Shown here: positions 30,703-55,037 of the stretch, one piece after another
Position numbering within the stretch: the stretch's first letter is position 1
Layout: each line of letters opens with the position of its first letter
Assembly (NCBI GenBank): GCA_963693365.1
Contig: CAVNZM010000014.1
Location: forward strand, 5,270,001-5,334,000
Direction: 5' to 3'
Source of the DNA: Amoebidium appalachense
Taxonomy: Eukaryota; Protista; Ichthyosporea
Length of the DNA: 64,000 nt
Made by a program: the position numbers and the translations under genes
The notes under the pieces: generated by a model
What the model saw: the letters and a program-made list of their open reading frames with translations, nothing else
Told to the model about the DNA's origin: nothing
The model's database searches: none

Positions 30703-32262
30703 CCCCTCCCATGCACACAGATCACACAAATACAGAGATGCACGGGTGTGCGTGAATTCCCAACCCCCACTCCGATTTTGAGCGTGTGTTGGTGTCTTTT
30801 TGCTCATGCTCATGTGTGTGTGTGTTGGTGTCTTTTTGCTCATGCTCATGTGTGTGTGTGTTGGTGTCTTTTTGCTCATGCTCATGTGTGTGTGTGTTGG
30901 TGTCTTTTTGCTCATGCTCATGTGTGTGTGTGTTGGTGTCTTTTTGCTCATGCTCATGTGTGTGTGTGTTGGTGTCTTTTTGCTCATGCTCATGTGTGTG
31001 TGTGTTGGTGTCTTTTTGCTCATGCTCATGTGTGTGTGTGTTGGTGTCTTTTTGCTCATGCTCATGTGTGTGTGTGTTGGTGTCTTTTTGCTCATGCTCA
31101 TGTGTGTGTGTGTTGGTGTCTTTTTGCTCATGCTCATGTGTGTGTGTGTTGGTGTCTTTTTGCTCATGCTCATGTGTGTGTGTGTTGGTGTCTTTTTGCT
31201 CATGCTCATGTGTGTGTGTGTTGGTGCCTTTTTGCTCATGCTCATGTGTGTGTGTGTTGGTGTCTTTTTGCTCATGCTCATGTGTGTGTGTGTTGGTGTC
31301 TTTTTGCTCATGCTCATGTGTGTGTGTGTTGGTGTCTTTTTGCTCATGCTCATGTGTGTGTGTGTTGGTGTCTTTTTGCTCATGCTCATGTGTGTGTGTG
31401 TTGGTGTCTTTTTGCTCATGCTCATGTGTGTGTGTGTTGGTGTCTTTTTGCTCATGCTCATGTGTGTGTGTGTTGGTGTCTTTTTGCTCATGCTCATGTG
31501 TGTGTGTGTTGGTGTCTTTTTGCTCATGCTCATGTGTGTGTGTGTTGGTGTCTTTTTGCTCATGCTCATGTGTGTGTGTGTTGGTGCCTTTTTGCTCATG
31601 CTCATGTGTGTGTGTGTTGGTGTCTTTTTGCTCATGCTCATGTGTGTGTGTGTTGGTGCCTTTTTGCTCATGCTCATGTGTGTGTGTGTTGGTGTCTTTT
31701 TGCTCATGCTCATGTGTGTGTGTGTTGGTGTCTTTTTGCTCATGCTCATGTGTGTGTGTGTTGGTGTCTTTTTGCTCATGCTCATGTGTGTGTGTGTTGG
31801 TGTCTTTTTGCTCATGCTCATGTGTGTGTGTGTTGGTGTCTTTTTGCTCATGCTCATGTGTGTGTGTGTTGGTGTCTTTTTGCTCATGCTCATGTGTGTG
31901 TGTGTTGGTGTCTTTTTGCTCATGCTCATGTGTGTGTGTGTTGGTGTCTTTTTGCTCATGCTCATGTGTGTGTGTGTTGGTGTCTTTTTGCTCATGCTCA
32001 TGTGTGTGTGTGTGGTGTGTGTGGCGTGACTCCACACCCACTGCTATATGCCCAAACGACGTTTGAGAGAGGACATAACAGGATGCCAACACTGTAGGTC
32101 TTTCTTTTTTTTTTTTAACTGGTTTCTGGCATCCATCAACAGATCGATCTTGGAAAACTATTGTGGTCCTCCTCCCCCCCCCCCCCCCCCCCCCGCCCCC
32201 GCCCCCTCCTCCCCCCTTCCCTTGATGTAAAAGAGGCTAAGGGGTCGAAGCTCAGATGCAAT

Positions 32263-32303
<41 letters not shown>

Positions 32304-33028
32304 CCCCCCCCCCCCTCCCTTCGCCCCTCCCCCCAGGTTGGGCTCTGCTTATGGTGCACACTGCACACGTTGCTGATGTTTCGTCATTGAGTGTTTGCCT
32401 TTGCATGTGCCCTGAACAGTGTTTCTCATCGAGTAGTTGTACTCCGCGCCTTGTTCCACATACCAACCCGTTTCCCCCCTCCCCCCCCTCCCCCCTCCCC
32501 CCTCCCCCCCTCCCCCCTCCCCCCCCACCCCCTCGTGATATGGGCTCTGTCTAAAGGTGCCTTTTGCTTGCACACTGTTTTAGCGTGTCACATGACGTTA
32601 AAGGTTTATCATATGCTGTCTTTTTTTTTTTTTTGGGGGGGGGGGGGGGGGGGAGGGAGGGTTGGCCTCTTTTTTTTTTTTACTCCCTTCCCCCAACCTC
32701 TAATGCATACCGCCCCCCTCCCTCCCCCCTCCTCCCCCCTTCCCTCTCGTCCTCCACCCTTGTCCTGTTTCCCTTCCCCATTCTCTTCCTCCTTAAGTTA
32801 ACCCAACCTACCCTTCTATAACATTTTGACAGACCATACATGACTGACCTTACCTTTATTACGTGCACCTATGGCCTCAGGATTGCTTCGAGGTGGTGCA
32901 AGAAATTCTCTGGGTCATCAAAGATGAAGTATGCCCCCTCCTTCCCCCCTCCCCCAGTCCCTCTCCTCGTTGTTGTAAATGCATGAAATCCCCCCCCCTC
33001 CCCCCCAAAAAAACAAAAACAAAAAAAA

Positions 33029-33068
<40 letters not shown>

Positions 33069-33093
33069 CGCGTGGGCGCTGCCCACACACACC

Positions 33094-33134
<41 letters not shown>

Positions 33135-33206
33135 TCTCTCTTTATTCCGTGTTGTGTGTGTGTGTGTGTTTGGGTGTGTGTATGTGCGCGCGCACTTGTG
33201 TGTGGA

Positions 33207-33253
<47 letters not shown>

Positions 33254-34958
33254 TTGGGTTTCGGGTTTATGCTGTGACGTGTGTGTGTATACTACATCTC
33301 TCGTTTTGTGATTTGTGTATGCAAGGGCGTGCATGTGTGTATGTGTGAGTGTGCACCTGCTTGTGTGTGCCTCTGCGAGCGTGTGTGCTTGCATCCCTGT
33401 GTGTATATGTGTGTGCATATGTGTTTGTGTCTCCCATCCATCATTTGTTGTTTGTTAAACATGTGCACCTGCTGTCTGGTGGGTCTAAAAGCAATAAAAC
33501 CTACCTCTAGTGTATGAGTTTTTAGGACTCAATGACAGCCGTGCAAACACTTATCGATATCCCTCACAGGGAAGAGAAAGCCATTGAGGGCGAATCAATC
33601 AAACCAGAAACTAGCCTTATAAGGCAAGAGCAGCCAGCCGTGCAGGGGGAAACAAGCATGCAGCAAAGCAAATTCTTCCATCCAACCAGGTTGGTGATCG
33701 TCTGCTCTAAATTTTTGCATGGATCCTCCCCCCCCTCCCCCCTCCCCCCTCCCTCCTCTTCCTCCACGGCACGGCGCCTCTGAAAATGTACTCTGTCCAA
33801 GTTTCTTCTGCTTGCCACGATCGTTTTCGTTTCTGTTTTTTTTTCATTTTTTTTCATGGTTTTTGATGTCCTTACTTCCATGTTTGCCACCCTCTAATGC
33901 ATACATCAAGCCCCCCTTCCCCTGCCCCCCCCCCCCCCCCCCCCCTCCCCCCCCTCCCCCCCCCTCTCCCCCCCCCCCCCCTCCCCCCCCCCCCGGCGCC
34001 GCCCCGCCCGTGTTAACCCGGTGCCCCCCCAGAACAGTGTGGCGTGGTGTGGAAATATTTTGGAGCCCCGCATTCCACCTCCCAAACTTGGAGCCCGGCC
34101 GGACTGACAAAATCGTAGCCCGGGCAAGGTTAGTACCCCCCCCCCCCCCCCCCCCCCCTGCCCACCCCCTCTCTTTCCCCCCCTTTCCCCGCCCCCCTCC
34201 CTCCCCCCCCTTTCCCCCCGACTCTTTCTCTGTCACTTACACACACACATACACACACCCACCCAAAATCTCCCCCTCTCTCTCTCTTCTCTGTTTCTCT
34301 TCTCTCTCTCTTTTCTATCTCTTTCTCTCTTTCTCTCTCTCTCTCTGCTCGTGGCTCTGGGGGTGGGGGTGGGGGGTTTGACATGAGCTGAGGGGCTTTG
34401 AGGTCAAGAAAACGACATGGGATAGCGGATGTCCGTAGGTGGGGGAGGGGAGGGGGGGGGGGGGGAGATGGGGGGGGGAGGGGGGGGAGGCGGCCTGCAT
34501 GTGTTTGCGCTGGCGCGTGCGCGTGCGGGGATATGTGTGTGCACGTGTGGACGTGTGTGTGTGTGCTTGTAAAAGCGCTTGCATGTGCACATGTGTATGC
34601 ATATACGTGTGGGTGTGCTGTATGAGTGTGTGTGAGTGTGTGTGCAATGCATGCCTGTGTGGATTTGTGTGGGTTTCTGTGTGTGTGATTTGTGGGCTTA
34701 AGGAGAGCCCGGGGGGGGGGGGGGGGGGGGGGGGAGGGGGGAGGGACGGGGATTCAAACATAGACAAAGGTAAATGTTTTTTTTTCCCCCAGTGTGGGCA
34801 ACGCTTTCTGACCAGCACATGATACATTTTGCAGAGAGAAGTTTTCCGGAAGGGGGGCAAGAGACAAAAACGACGACCGGGCAGAAGGAGTGGTACCGCC
34901 ACCAGAAGTGGCAATCAGGCAAATACCCCATGTCCATTGGCTGCATATCACAGACTGA
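27303..34958 (+). CDS. Multi-exon coding region, probably the N-terminal half of the SRA-domain gene (further candidate exons at 25741-26915)
   Basis: Phase-compatible exons 27303-27371, 27748-27797, 28511-28556, 28706-28796, 29719-, 30161-, 30599-30664; then 32880-32927, 33526-33689, 34033-34127, 34835-. Peptide ..HHTEDAEGFQLSVWHPRAYEQNDCDANIGQALSRFLPQLWRPLSTTEIKSSITAFTFNFYSIPEEDGGWEVLIMPADDSPSFRPCL.. The links across 30.7-32.9 kb and 34.9-35.6 kb are unresolved. Confidence 0.6.
27410..27637. repeat. (CCCT)n microsatellite
   Basis: Seen directly in the sequence; intronic. Confidence 0.9.
27848..28416 (+). mobile_element. TRIM (terminal-repeat retrotransposon in miniature), intronic and recent
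   Basis: Two apparently identical 246-bp LTRs (27848-28093, 28171-28416) with TGT..ACA ends, each containing TATAAAA and AATAAA. The 77-bp internal region ends in the PPT gggagggga. A 5-bp TSD (TACGG) lies on both sides. Confidence 0.95.
30784..32012. repeat. 36-bp minisatellite, about 34 copies, intronic
   Basis: Unit gtgtgtgtgtgttggtgtctttttgctcatgctcat. Only three units carry a single T>C variant. No spacers. Confidence 0.97.
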
Positions 34959-35431
34959 GGATTTGATTGCATTGCTGCCTGCATTCTTTCCGGGCTAAGA
35001 TGATATATGTGGTGGAAGATGTGTTGCTATTGAAGCATGTGACGCACACACACGGTTTATTACGAGTTTTTATCTTTTTTTGAACAGCCAATGAACTCAG
35101 GACGTTTACATCACTGATTAGGATCGTGTGTGTGATTGGGTGCACATCACAAAGCACAGAGCACGCACGTACACGACGACTCTGGAGAATATTTCGGTGA
35201 GGGATTGTCTGTGACACTAGCGTGTACGTGTACACCATTACGAATACAACACACACACGTATACTCACACATGCTTTTTCATGTGCTCACACATGCTCAC
35301 ACATATTCACATCCGCATGTGCAAGGTATGCGTACACGTCCAATAACAATGAAGCGTCAAACTACTGTTTTTAACACTCTGCCATGTACACCAACACACA
35401 AGCACACATGTGCAAACACGCACACGCACGC

Positions 35432-35527
<96 letters not shown>

Positions 35528-35641
35528 CCCCCCACCCCCCACCCCCCCCATACACACACATACATACACACACACGTATACACACACACACACACACACT
35601 TACAAACACACGTACACACACACATACATGTACACGTACAG

Positions 35642-38297
35642 GCAGGGATGCACGTGGGAGCACGACACGCACCTCCTGCCCCTTCTGACTGCCCTTGGTA
35701 ACTGTGGGGTGGGCTACTGCATGCACTGTCAGAGCCCCTGCCAGGCCAAGTGTGGCACAAAGTACTACGGCCCACACCCGGGTGTGCAACGTAAATATCC
35801 CCATCCCTCCTACTCCCTCCTTCCCCATGGACGTGGTCTTTATACTTTATAACACACTCTAAATTCACCCCCTCTTCCCCCCGCTCTTGGTCATCCCCTC
35901 CCCGCCCCATATAGGCACGCACACAGCCGCGTGCATGGGCACGTACATGCACACGCACGCACACGCGCACACATACACGCATGCAACACACACACCAAAG
36001 CCCATACATACGTTCACGAGCATGCACGCAGGCACACGACCTACACGCCCACACATGCGCGCACACGCGCGCACACACACCTTTTGCCTCTTATGCAGGG
36101 AGTCACGTTTTCCTCTTTTTTTTTTCCCTTTTTTTCTTTTTCACCACCTGTACCCTTTCCTATCCCTCCACGTGCCCACCTCCACACATCCAATCATAAT
36201 ACTGCGTGATGTCATATTTGATTATGGCGTCGCCAGCTTTTTCAGATACGAGATTTGCTGGCATTGAACACACACGTGATCTAGTAATCGAATTTTTTTC
36301 GGTCCAACTTTTGGCGACTGCCGCACCTTCTTGACGTGTCCTGGATAGATCCAATATTTATCTAATGTAGGCCACCGTAAGTGAACCAGATTCCGATCCA
36401 ATAACCTGAATGTACACGTCCTCTGATCATCCGGTTATCCATCTTATGCCAGGTATATCTCAAAGCAACATACCCTTGAATGAAGGGAGGTCCAGTGTCC
36501 CAATTTCCAAAAAAAAAAAACATTCCACATATCTCACGTCTATTCAAATCCCCAGCCAACGGCACCTACACCTCGCAGCAAGTATTGGATATGGGTGTGA
36601 TCGTCTCGAGTGACTCCAACACTGTCTTTCCCGGCAACCGGAGAGACGGGACGGCCGTTGTGTGGATGAGGTGTGGAGAGAATGTGAAGTCTGGGTGAAG
36701 AACCCCCCCCCCTCCCCCCCCCCCCCCCTCCCCCCCCCCCCCCTCCCCTCCCCCCCCCCCCCCCCCCCACACACACACATCACCATCCCCACCACCATCA
36801 GTCATTACCCGCCACACATACACACACACACACGCACGCACGTACACACCCACACACACACGAACACACACACACTCTCTCTCTCACGCACACACTCTTT
36901 CTCTCTCTCTCTCTCTGATCATCTGTACTACTTGTGCACGCTTTGCAAAATCTGCGGTGTTGCATGTCATGATTCTTGTACTTGGTACTTTTAACACATT
37001 CTTACCGCTCCCCCCTCTCTCCTCCCCCTCCCCCCCCTCCCCCCAGCCATTCCGTCCCGCTGCTGAACACTTCATATATGACCCCCCCCCCCCACCTCCC
37101 CTCCCCTCTCCTCTCCTAACAGCAGCTAACCTTTACATGATGCACATATGCACACACCTGTGTCCACACGACTGAAAGTGCCAGGTGCACACAGTACAAA
37201 CATGCTACTACTCCTCCTCGTGTCGCCTCCTCACCCCCCCCCCCCCCCCCCCCCCCCCCTACACACGCACACACACACACACCACCACCACCACCACCTC
37301 CCCCCCTCCCCCCCCCCCCCTCCAACCCCAGCCGAACCCCCACTCCTACCCCACCCACCTACCCGCTTCGCCACAAACATACACCCACACAATTTGTGCT
37401 CTCAGGGGAGCGCAGAATTCCGGTGGAAGTTTGAAGGATGGACGGGCATATTTTATCGTTGAGGGGAGAGGTGGAAAGAAGAAAGAGGGCACAAAGATGA
37501 CCAAAGTGCAACACCAGGTGGGTGGGGTGGCGGGAAAAGGGGGGAGGGGGGGGGGGGGGGGGAGAATGTGGTGGTGGTGTTGGTGGTGGTGACGGTGGTA
37601 GTTGGGGGGGAGGGGGGAGGGGGGAAGGGGGGAAGTGTGGTTGGTGCCTGCATGGCTTAGTTCATATCGAATACAGCATGTGTGTTCGTGCGCCTGTGTG
37701 TGTGTGGGGGGGGGGGGGGGGGGGGGGGGGGGGGAGGGGGGGGGGGGAGGAGGTATGTTGGACCTGTGTGTGCCTGTTGAAGCCTTCTTGCGGTGCTGAC
37801 GCGGGCATGGGTTAGATTGCACTCGGACTTGCATGTATTTGTGTGTGTGTGCGTGCCCACAGGTGCGGGTACTGTGTGTGTGTGTGTGTGTGTGTGGATG
37901 TGTAGGCATGTAGGTGAGAAAGTGAGAGTAGCTGGTCATGGAGTTGGATGGAGGGGGGACGGGGGGAGGGACGAGAGGGGAGGGAGTGAGGGAGGGGTCG
38001 GGGGGGGGGGGGTCGTCTGGAGACGGTGAGAGATAGTGTGTGTGGATCTTTGAGCCTATACATGCATGTGGGTATAACCGTGCAACTAGAGGATTCATAA
38101 CCCATAAACCCCTGTCCCCCCCCAGTCTGTGCGAGACAACTACCCCCCCTTTGTCAACCTGCGCTACGGCGTGCCTGTGCGGTTTCTGTTCAAGTTGGAC
38201 AAGAATGAATGGTATGTCCAAAAGCATTATGAAATAAATCCAGTACCATTTAGCCCTGAATCACTCTTCTCCGTTCTCTTTCCCCCCCCCCCCCCTT

Positions 38298-38328
<31 letters not shown>

Positions 38329-38420
38329 GGGGCTGTGCTTCTACACACGCTAACATCACACACAACATTTCACTGGGCTAAAGTCAGTGGGAGGTCGGGA
38401 AAGAGTTTTTTTTTTTTTGT

Positions 38421-38471
<51 letters not shown>

Positions 38472-38602
38472 TGGATGGACCATGCCTTTGTTTGAATGGT
38501 GTCATATAATCTTACATGACGTCACCCTTTAGGTTGTATGTGGGCATGTTCACGGTGGCCTAGGCCAGCTACAAAAAGTTTTTGGGAGTTTGGGAGATTT
38601 TT

Positions 38603-38656
<54 letters not shown>

Positions 38657-41594
38657 AGGGTGCCTTTTTATGACGTCATATAATTTCACATGACGTCACC
38701 TTTCAGGCTGTATTTGGGCATGTTCACGGTGGCCCGTGCCAGCTACTCCATCGGACCAAGGGGGTTCCTTCGGTTCATGTTTCTATTGGTCGAGCATCGT
38801 CCGGCAACCACCGTGGAGGCTTGGAGGCTGGCACGCCATGTAATGACTCCCCCTTCCCCCCTGAGGATGGGCTCTGCTTGTTATGTGTGTGTGGTCTGCA
38901 CTCTGCATCGTGTTGTCCGTTATGTATGAATGTGTACCTCGTATTATAAAATGCATTTTAACTCTTCCATCCCCCCCCCCCCCTCTCTCTCTCTCCCCCC
39001 CCCCCCCCCTCCCCCCTCCCCCCCCCTCCCCTCCCCCCCAACCACCACCACCGCCCACACCCACACACCCACTGCCACCATCAACCACGACCACAGCCAT
39101 CACCACCACGCACCATCCATCCCCTGCATTCCCCATTCGATTCTTGTGCTTGATCTGTCGGTTGTTTTGGTGCGAAACGCAGGCCCCTGGGGGGGGAGGG
39201 AGGGGGGAGGGGGGGAGGGGGGGGAGGGGGTAAGCCAGGGGAGGGGGGGAAAGGGGGGGCGGGGGGAGGGGGCTCTTAGGTAAGGTTGTGTTGCTGGAAA
39301 TGCGGATGTTTAACGGGTGGATTGAATGGCTAGGCAAGTCCTTGGTTCCGGTTAGCGTGGATGGTGTGTACGTGCCAGTGTGCATGTGTGTGCACAAAAG
39401 TTCCGTTCTTCCTTTATCTTCATTTCGTTGGTGCTGTGGGAAGGAGAAGGGTGTGGGGGGGGGAGGAGCGGGGAGGAGGAGAGTGAGGAAAGAAAAGGAA
39501 GATGGGAAGGGGGGGGGGGGGGGGAGAAGGAGTGTGTGTTTGTTGGGGGGGGGGGGGGGTTTGAGGGAAGGGCTTGATATAGGAATATCTCAGACTTGGA
39601 GATGTGCTGTTCTGCGAGCTTCATGGTTCGAAACGACTGTATGGGTTATCCCATTGTTCTCACTATGTTTCCCACCAATACAGAGGCTACACACTGCGGA
39701 TTTTCTTACCCCAGACCAGAAAAGCGCACTTGCGCTCTGTTTGGACAATAATTACACATCCGCAAATGGGAGTCTCCCACCCGTCGACTTGGGTCTGTTG
39801 GTTGCAATTGGTGGAGAAACGCACAAAACAAATGGAGGCATAAGCGAGGCGGACTGCGACGAATTCGACACGGTTTTGGAGGGACATCGGCATCACGTAC
39901 CGATGGCGATTACCGATCCGATTGAACCGATTCAAAGTGAGATCATCCAATCAAATCTTCAAGAAATTGGTTGTCCTGGTGATAACGAATTCGATTTTAA
40001 ATACCCGATCGATTGCGCGTTTTCAGCACCTGAACCCATCGCCGCGGCGTCTGCGTGGGAGGATTTTGGGCCAATCGGAACGCCCGTTATGTCAGGCTCG
40101 CCGCTTTTTAGCCAATCAGATATCTACGTGCATGATTATCACCCAGTAGCAAGCATGCACGTGGTCGACCCGGAGCCTTCCGAAATTCACCGCCGGATGT
40201 CATTGGATACTGAGCAGCCAATCAAGAAGCCCCGTAAACCGCGAAGACCCAAGAACGCACCAATGATAGCCGACCTTGGCCCGACGGAGGCCTGGCCACC
40301 AATGGAAATCCTTGACGAGGGTGGTCCGCGACCAATCGATTTGCGGGAAACGGATCCGTGGATTCCAACGTCCGTCGGCCAATTCGCACACCAAACACCC
40401 GTGCTGCAAAACCCGGATTATTCATTGGGGAACCCAGGGGTATTGGCGTTTTCCGGGAATGATGCCGATTGCAAAGATGAGATCCTTGATGACTCCAATT
40501 TCTTGGATAGTGGGGTTTTATGGCCGTCGGCGTGTGAATTTGCGCCTGCCGTGATTGCAACCCCCCAAACTCCATTTCAACGGGGGGTTGAATGTGCAAT
40601 GAAACCCCCTAGTCCAATTGGCACGAATGACTGGAATGCAGAAGCCCCTGTTGGTGCCACGGGTATTGCACAGAATTCGGTAGAAGCAAGATGGGAGGGG
40701 GAGGATTGGACGAATGTTGAAAGTTTCCTAATCGATGAAAGCGATCTTATACTTGACCCGCCACCGAATGTTTTGCATCCGGTTCGACCCAACCCACATG
40801 GAATCGAACCGGCAAAGGTTGATATATTCCCTACGCCCAGCCCTAACAACCCCAGCGGCATACCACCAGTGCATCGGAATTCACCCACCGACCAATACGA
40901 TTCACAGACGGTAATGATTGGTTGGCAATCAGCTAACCAGCGTGAACCCCCGCCGCCTCAGCGCAAAGGCAATATGAGATTTGTAGCCCAAGAGAGGAAC
41001 GCGACACCTATTCACAGGGAAAACGCCAGCCCAACAACACTGCCTTACGTAAGGCGATGGATGAGTGAAGATCAAATACACACCAATCAGAACAAGCTGG
41101 AGGATTCCCCACGTCGGGTATGTTGCACAGGGCCATGCTGTGAAACAAAACCCGGTTTCTGCCAGGATTCGAGATTGGAAAACCGATTTCATCATCAACT
41201 TTTGGTTTCCTGTCGAAGTTCGAGAGAACACGCCAATACGTATACCATGAATGACCGGGGGGTTTCCGCAAACTCTGAACCCAATACACCACCAGTCTAT
41301 TATCAGACTCATCCCGCACATTCGACTCCACCAATGATTTTCCACCGACAACATTCCGCGTATGCGACTCAGCCAATGACAGCGCACCGTACGCCTTCTC
41401 TGGAATCCACGGAGCGAGAAAATTTCCAAAGTTGGCAGTATTTCAAGCCGTATGGTAGGGTGGTTCACCCGTTCTCGAATTGTGTTGCCGTTCGTTCGCA
41501 TTCTCATCCGTATCCGTTGTCGCACCAATGGGTAGGGAGAAGGCACACAGAAACGTGCAGATGTTGCGGCGAGTATTGTCCGCCAATAGAATGA
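35642..41594 (+). CDS. Divergent SRA/YDG (SAD) domain protein with an upstream Cys-rich segment and a ~630-aa mostly disordered C-terminus
   Basis: Phase-compatible exons 35642-35790, 36556-36670, 37406-37517, 38126-38211, 38707-38839 and 39684-41594 give [89 protein letters not shown]. This is colinear with UHRF1-type SRA motifs (HYGPIPG, QVSESGV, DGAYSLVL, FTYTGSGG, GKPVRV, YDGIYKV, GKSGFLVWRYLL). Confidence 0.8.
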
Positions 41595-41809
41595 TTCTTT
41601 TAAATGTTTATTATGAATGCTTCGGAAATTCTTCAATTGCTCTTTAATGTGGACGGTTATTCTGAAATTTCTTAATCCACTATTGAGTTCAGATTAGGTT
41701 CGTTCACCCATGTTTTTTTTTGTTTGTTTTTTTTTGTTTTTTTTTTAGGAGGGCGCTTCGGAAAACCCCTACACTACTTAACACTATTTTTGGCTCTAGA
41801 CGATTGCTT

Positions 41810-41863
<54 letters not shown>

Positions 41864-42465
41864 AAAAAAAAAAACAACCCCCCCCCCCCCTTTTTTTTTT
41901 TTGGGGGGGGGGGGGGGGGGGTTAGACTACTGAATGAGAGATGAGTATGAACACATTTAATTGCTGCGGATAGTGAACTGAATTTTAAAGTGTCTTACCG
42001 ACATCTTCATAGACCTTGACTGGTAGGATTATTAATAATCTTAACTGTGATGGTAAGCGTACCGTAGAAGAATCTAGCAAGTAGCCTTTTTTTAAACGAC
42101 GTATAATCACGTTGTACTTAGCCCGGCGCTGGGTCGTGGTTAAGGTGTTATGTGCATAACGTAATAAGGGACAGAGCTTTCGAAAATCATTTGCAAAACT
42201 GCTTTCTTCACTTTGTTTCGAATGTTGTTACGCAGATCAAAGCGAGGCTATGATACAGTGGTATGTTTTCAGGTTGGACAGCTGCTGCATATGTTTTCAG
42301 AGAAAATCGATGATTTAATATGAAGAGATGATGATCACAAAAGTGAATCTTGTGGAGCTTCTTCCCAATCCCCGTGCAGCGATTGTGGCAGTGGTGACTT
42401 CTACGGGTGTGGGTGGGCAGGGGTGTGGTGGAGGGGGAGAAAGGGGGGGAGGGGAGGGGACACAC

Positions 42466-42560
<95 letters not shown>

Positions 42561-42704
42561 ACACGCACCGTCACACGCACACACACACACGTACACACAC
42601 ACACACACACACCCTTACGTACTCACGGAACCACTCAGCCACTCGACCACCCAAAGGTTAGGCGCAGACTGGAAGTATGTAGTTGTGGTTTTGGGGTGGG
42701 AGAA

Positions 42705-42742
<38 letters not shown>

Positions 42743-42999
42743 CCCGTGGGTGGGGTGGGGTGGGGGGGGGGGGGGGGGAAGAGCACTGGCTTGGGGCTGG
42801 CATGGAATCAACTGCAACTGTTTGTATTTGAACTGTGCGCTAAAAGCCCGGCACAGCGCTATCAAAACATCAGTATGTGCTCTAAACACCTTGCAAAAGG
42901 GTCACAAGGGGCTGACACTTACCTTACTACATGCATGCTGTACTACTATGATGTGGGCATGGACAACATGAAATATTGTTGTACACGTACTAGGCACTT

Positions 43000-53900
<10,901 letters not shown>

Positions 53901-54075
53901 GGGTAGAGAGAGGAGCACCGAGCAGAGAGCTCGAGTCGCAGCGACGCGGGGCAAGAGGGGGTGGGAGACAGACATGTTGGGGGCGGCGGGGGCGGCGGGG
54001 GGAGGAGGGGGGGCATGGGGGGGGGGGGGGGTGTTCAAACTTGGGAGGGAGAGAGTGTTTAGGAAAGAGGGGGTG

Positions 54076-54168
<93 letters not shown>

Positions 54169-54244
54169 TGTGTCTGTGTGTGTGTGTGTGTGTGTGCGCG
54201 CGTATGTGTGCGTGTGTGTGCGCGCGCGTGTGTGTGTGTGTGTG

Positions 54245-54281
<37 letters not shown>

Positions 54282-54538
54282 GTAGGACATGGTAAGTATA
54301 TATATAGATATATCTTGAGATATATATATATAAAGAGAGAGGTAGAGATATATATATAGAGAGATAGACTGATAGAGCGACAGACACACACACACACACC
54401 AATAGTGAGAGGGGGGAAGAGAGAAAGAGAGAGAGGCCCTGGGGGTTTGAGAGAGAGGGGGGGGGGGGGGAGAGGGGGAAAGAGAGGGGGGGGGGGGAAG
54501 AGAGGGGGGGGGGAGGGGGGGGAGCGAGAGGAGAAGAA

Positions 54539-54581
<43 letters not shown>

Positions 54582-54694
54582 GGGGGGGGGGGGGAAGAGA
54601 GAGTAGTGTGTGTGTGTGTGTGTGTGTGCGTGTCTGGGTGAGTGGGTTGGTGTATTTGTGTGTAACACGGTGACTCGTGCGCTTGTTTATCACG

Positions 54695-54798
<104 letters not shown>

Positions 54799-55002
54799 TT
54801 CTGTGCAAAAACCATGATAATGTTTGATAAGTTATGCTCCCTTTTTTACTTTTTCACTCACCGTCCAATCTGATGATGACCTTTTTAAGTGTTCAATTTT
54901 TCCACAAGTTCCACTCTCGTTAGGCTGGTGCAGGAGCGTCACCTAGTGGCGATTATTCGTCGACCATCAATAGTATCCAATCCCAAAATCCAAGCAACAA
55001 AT

Positions 55003-55037
<35 letters not shown>

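Noticed and set aside
30784-32012. CRISPR-like array of 36-bp repeats, or a 400-490-aa repeat protein
   Set aside because: Units are head-to-tail with no unique spacers, no cas genes are present and the context is eukaryotic. The ORFs arise from a stop-free unit inside an intron.
39288-39683. N-terminal 132 aa of the 768-aa ORF
   Set aside because: Runs through G-rich low-complexity intron sequence. A phase-compatible acceptor at 39683 links the rest to the SRA exons.
40929-41636. 235-aa antisense ORF
   Set aside because: Shadow of the large + strand exon, with no independent support.
42120-42190. Possible tRNA-like sequence (gtggttaagg..ttcgaa)
   Set aside because: No acceptor stem or cloverleaf could be built, and the B-box match is poor.
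54935-54953. CTCF-like motif (cgccactaggtgacgc on the - strand)
   Set aside because: A single imperfect match with no evidence that the host has CTCF.
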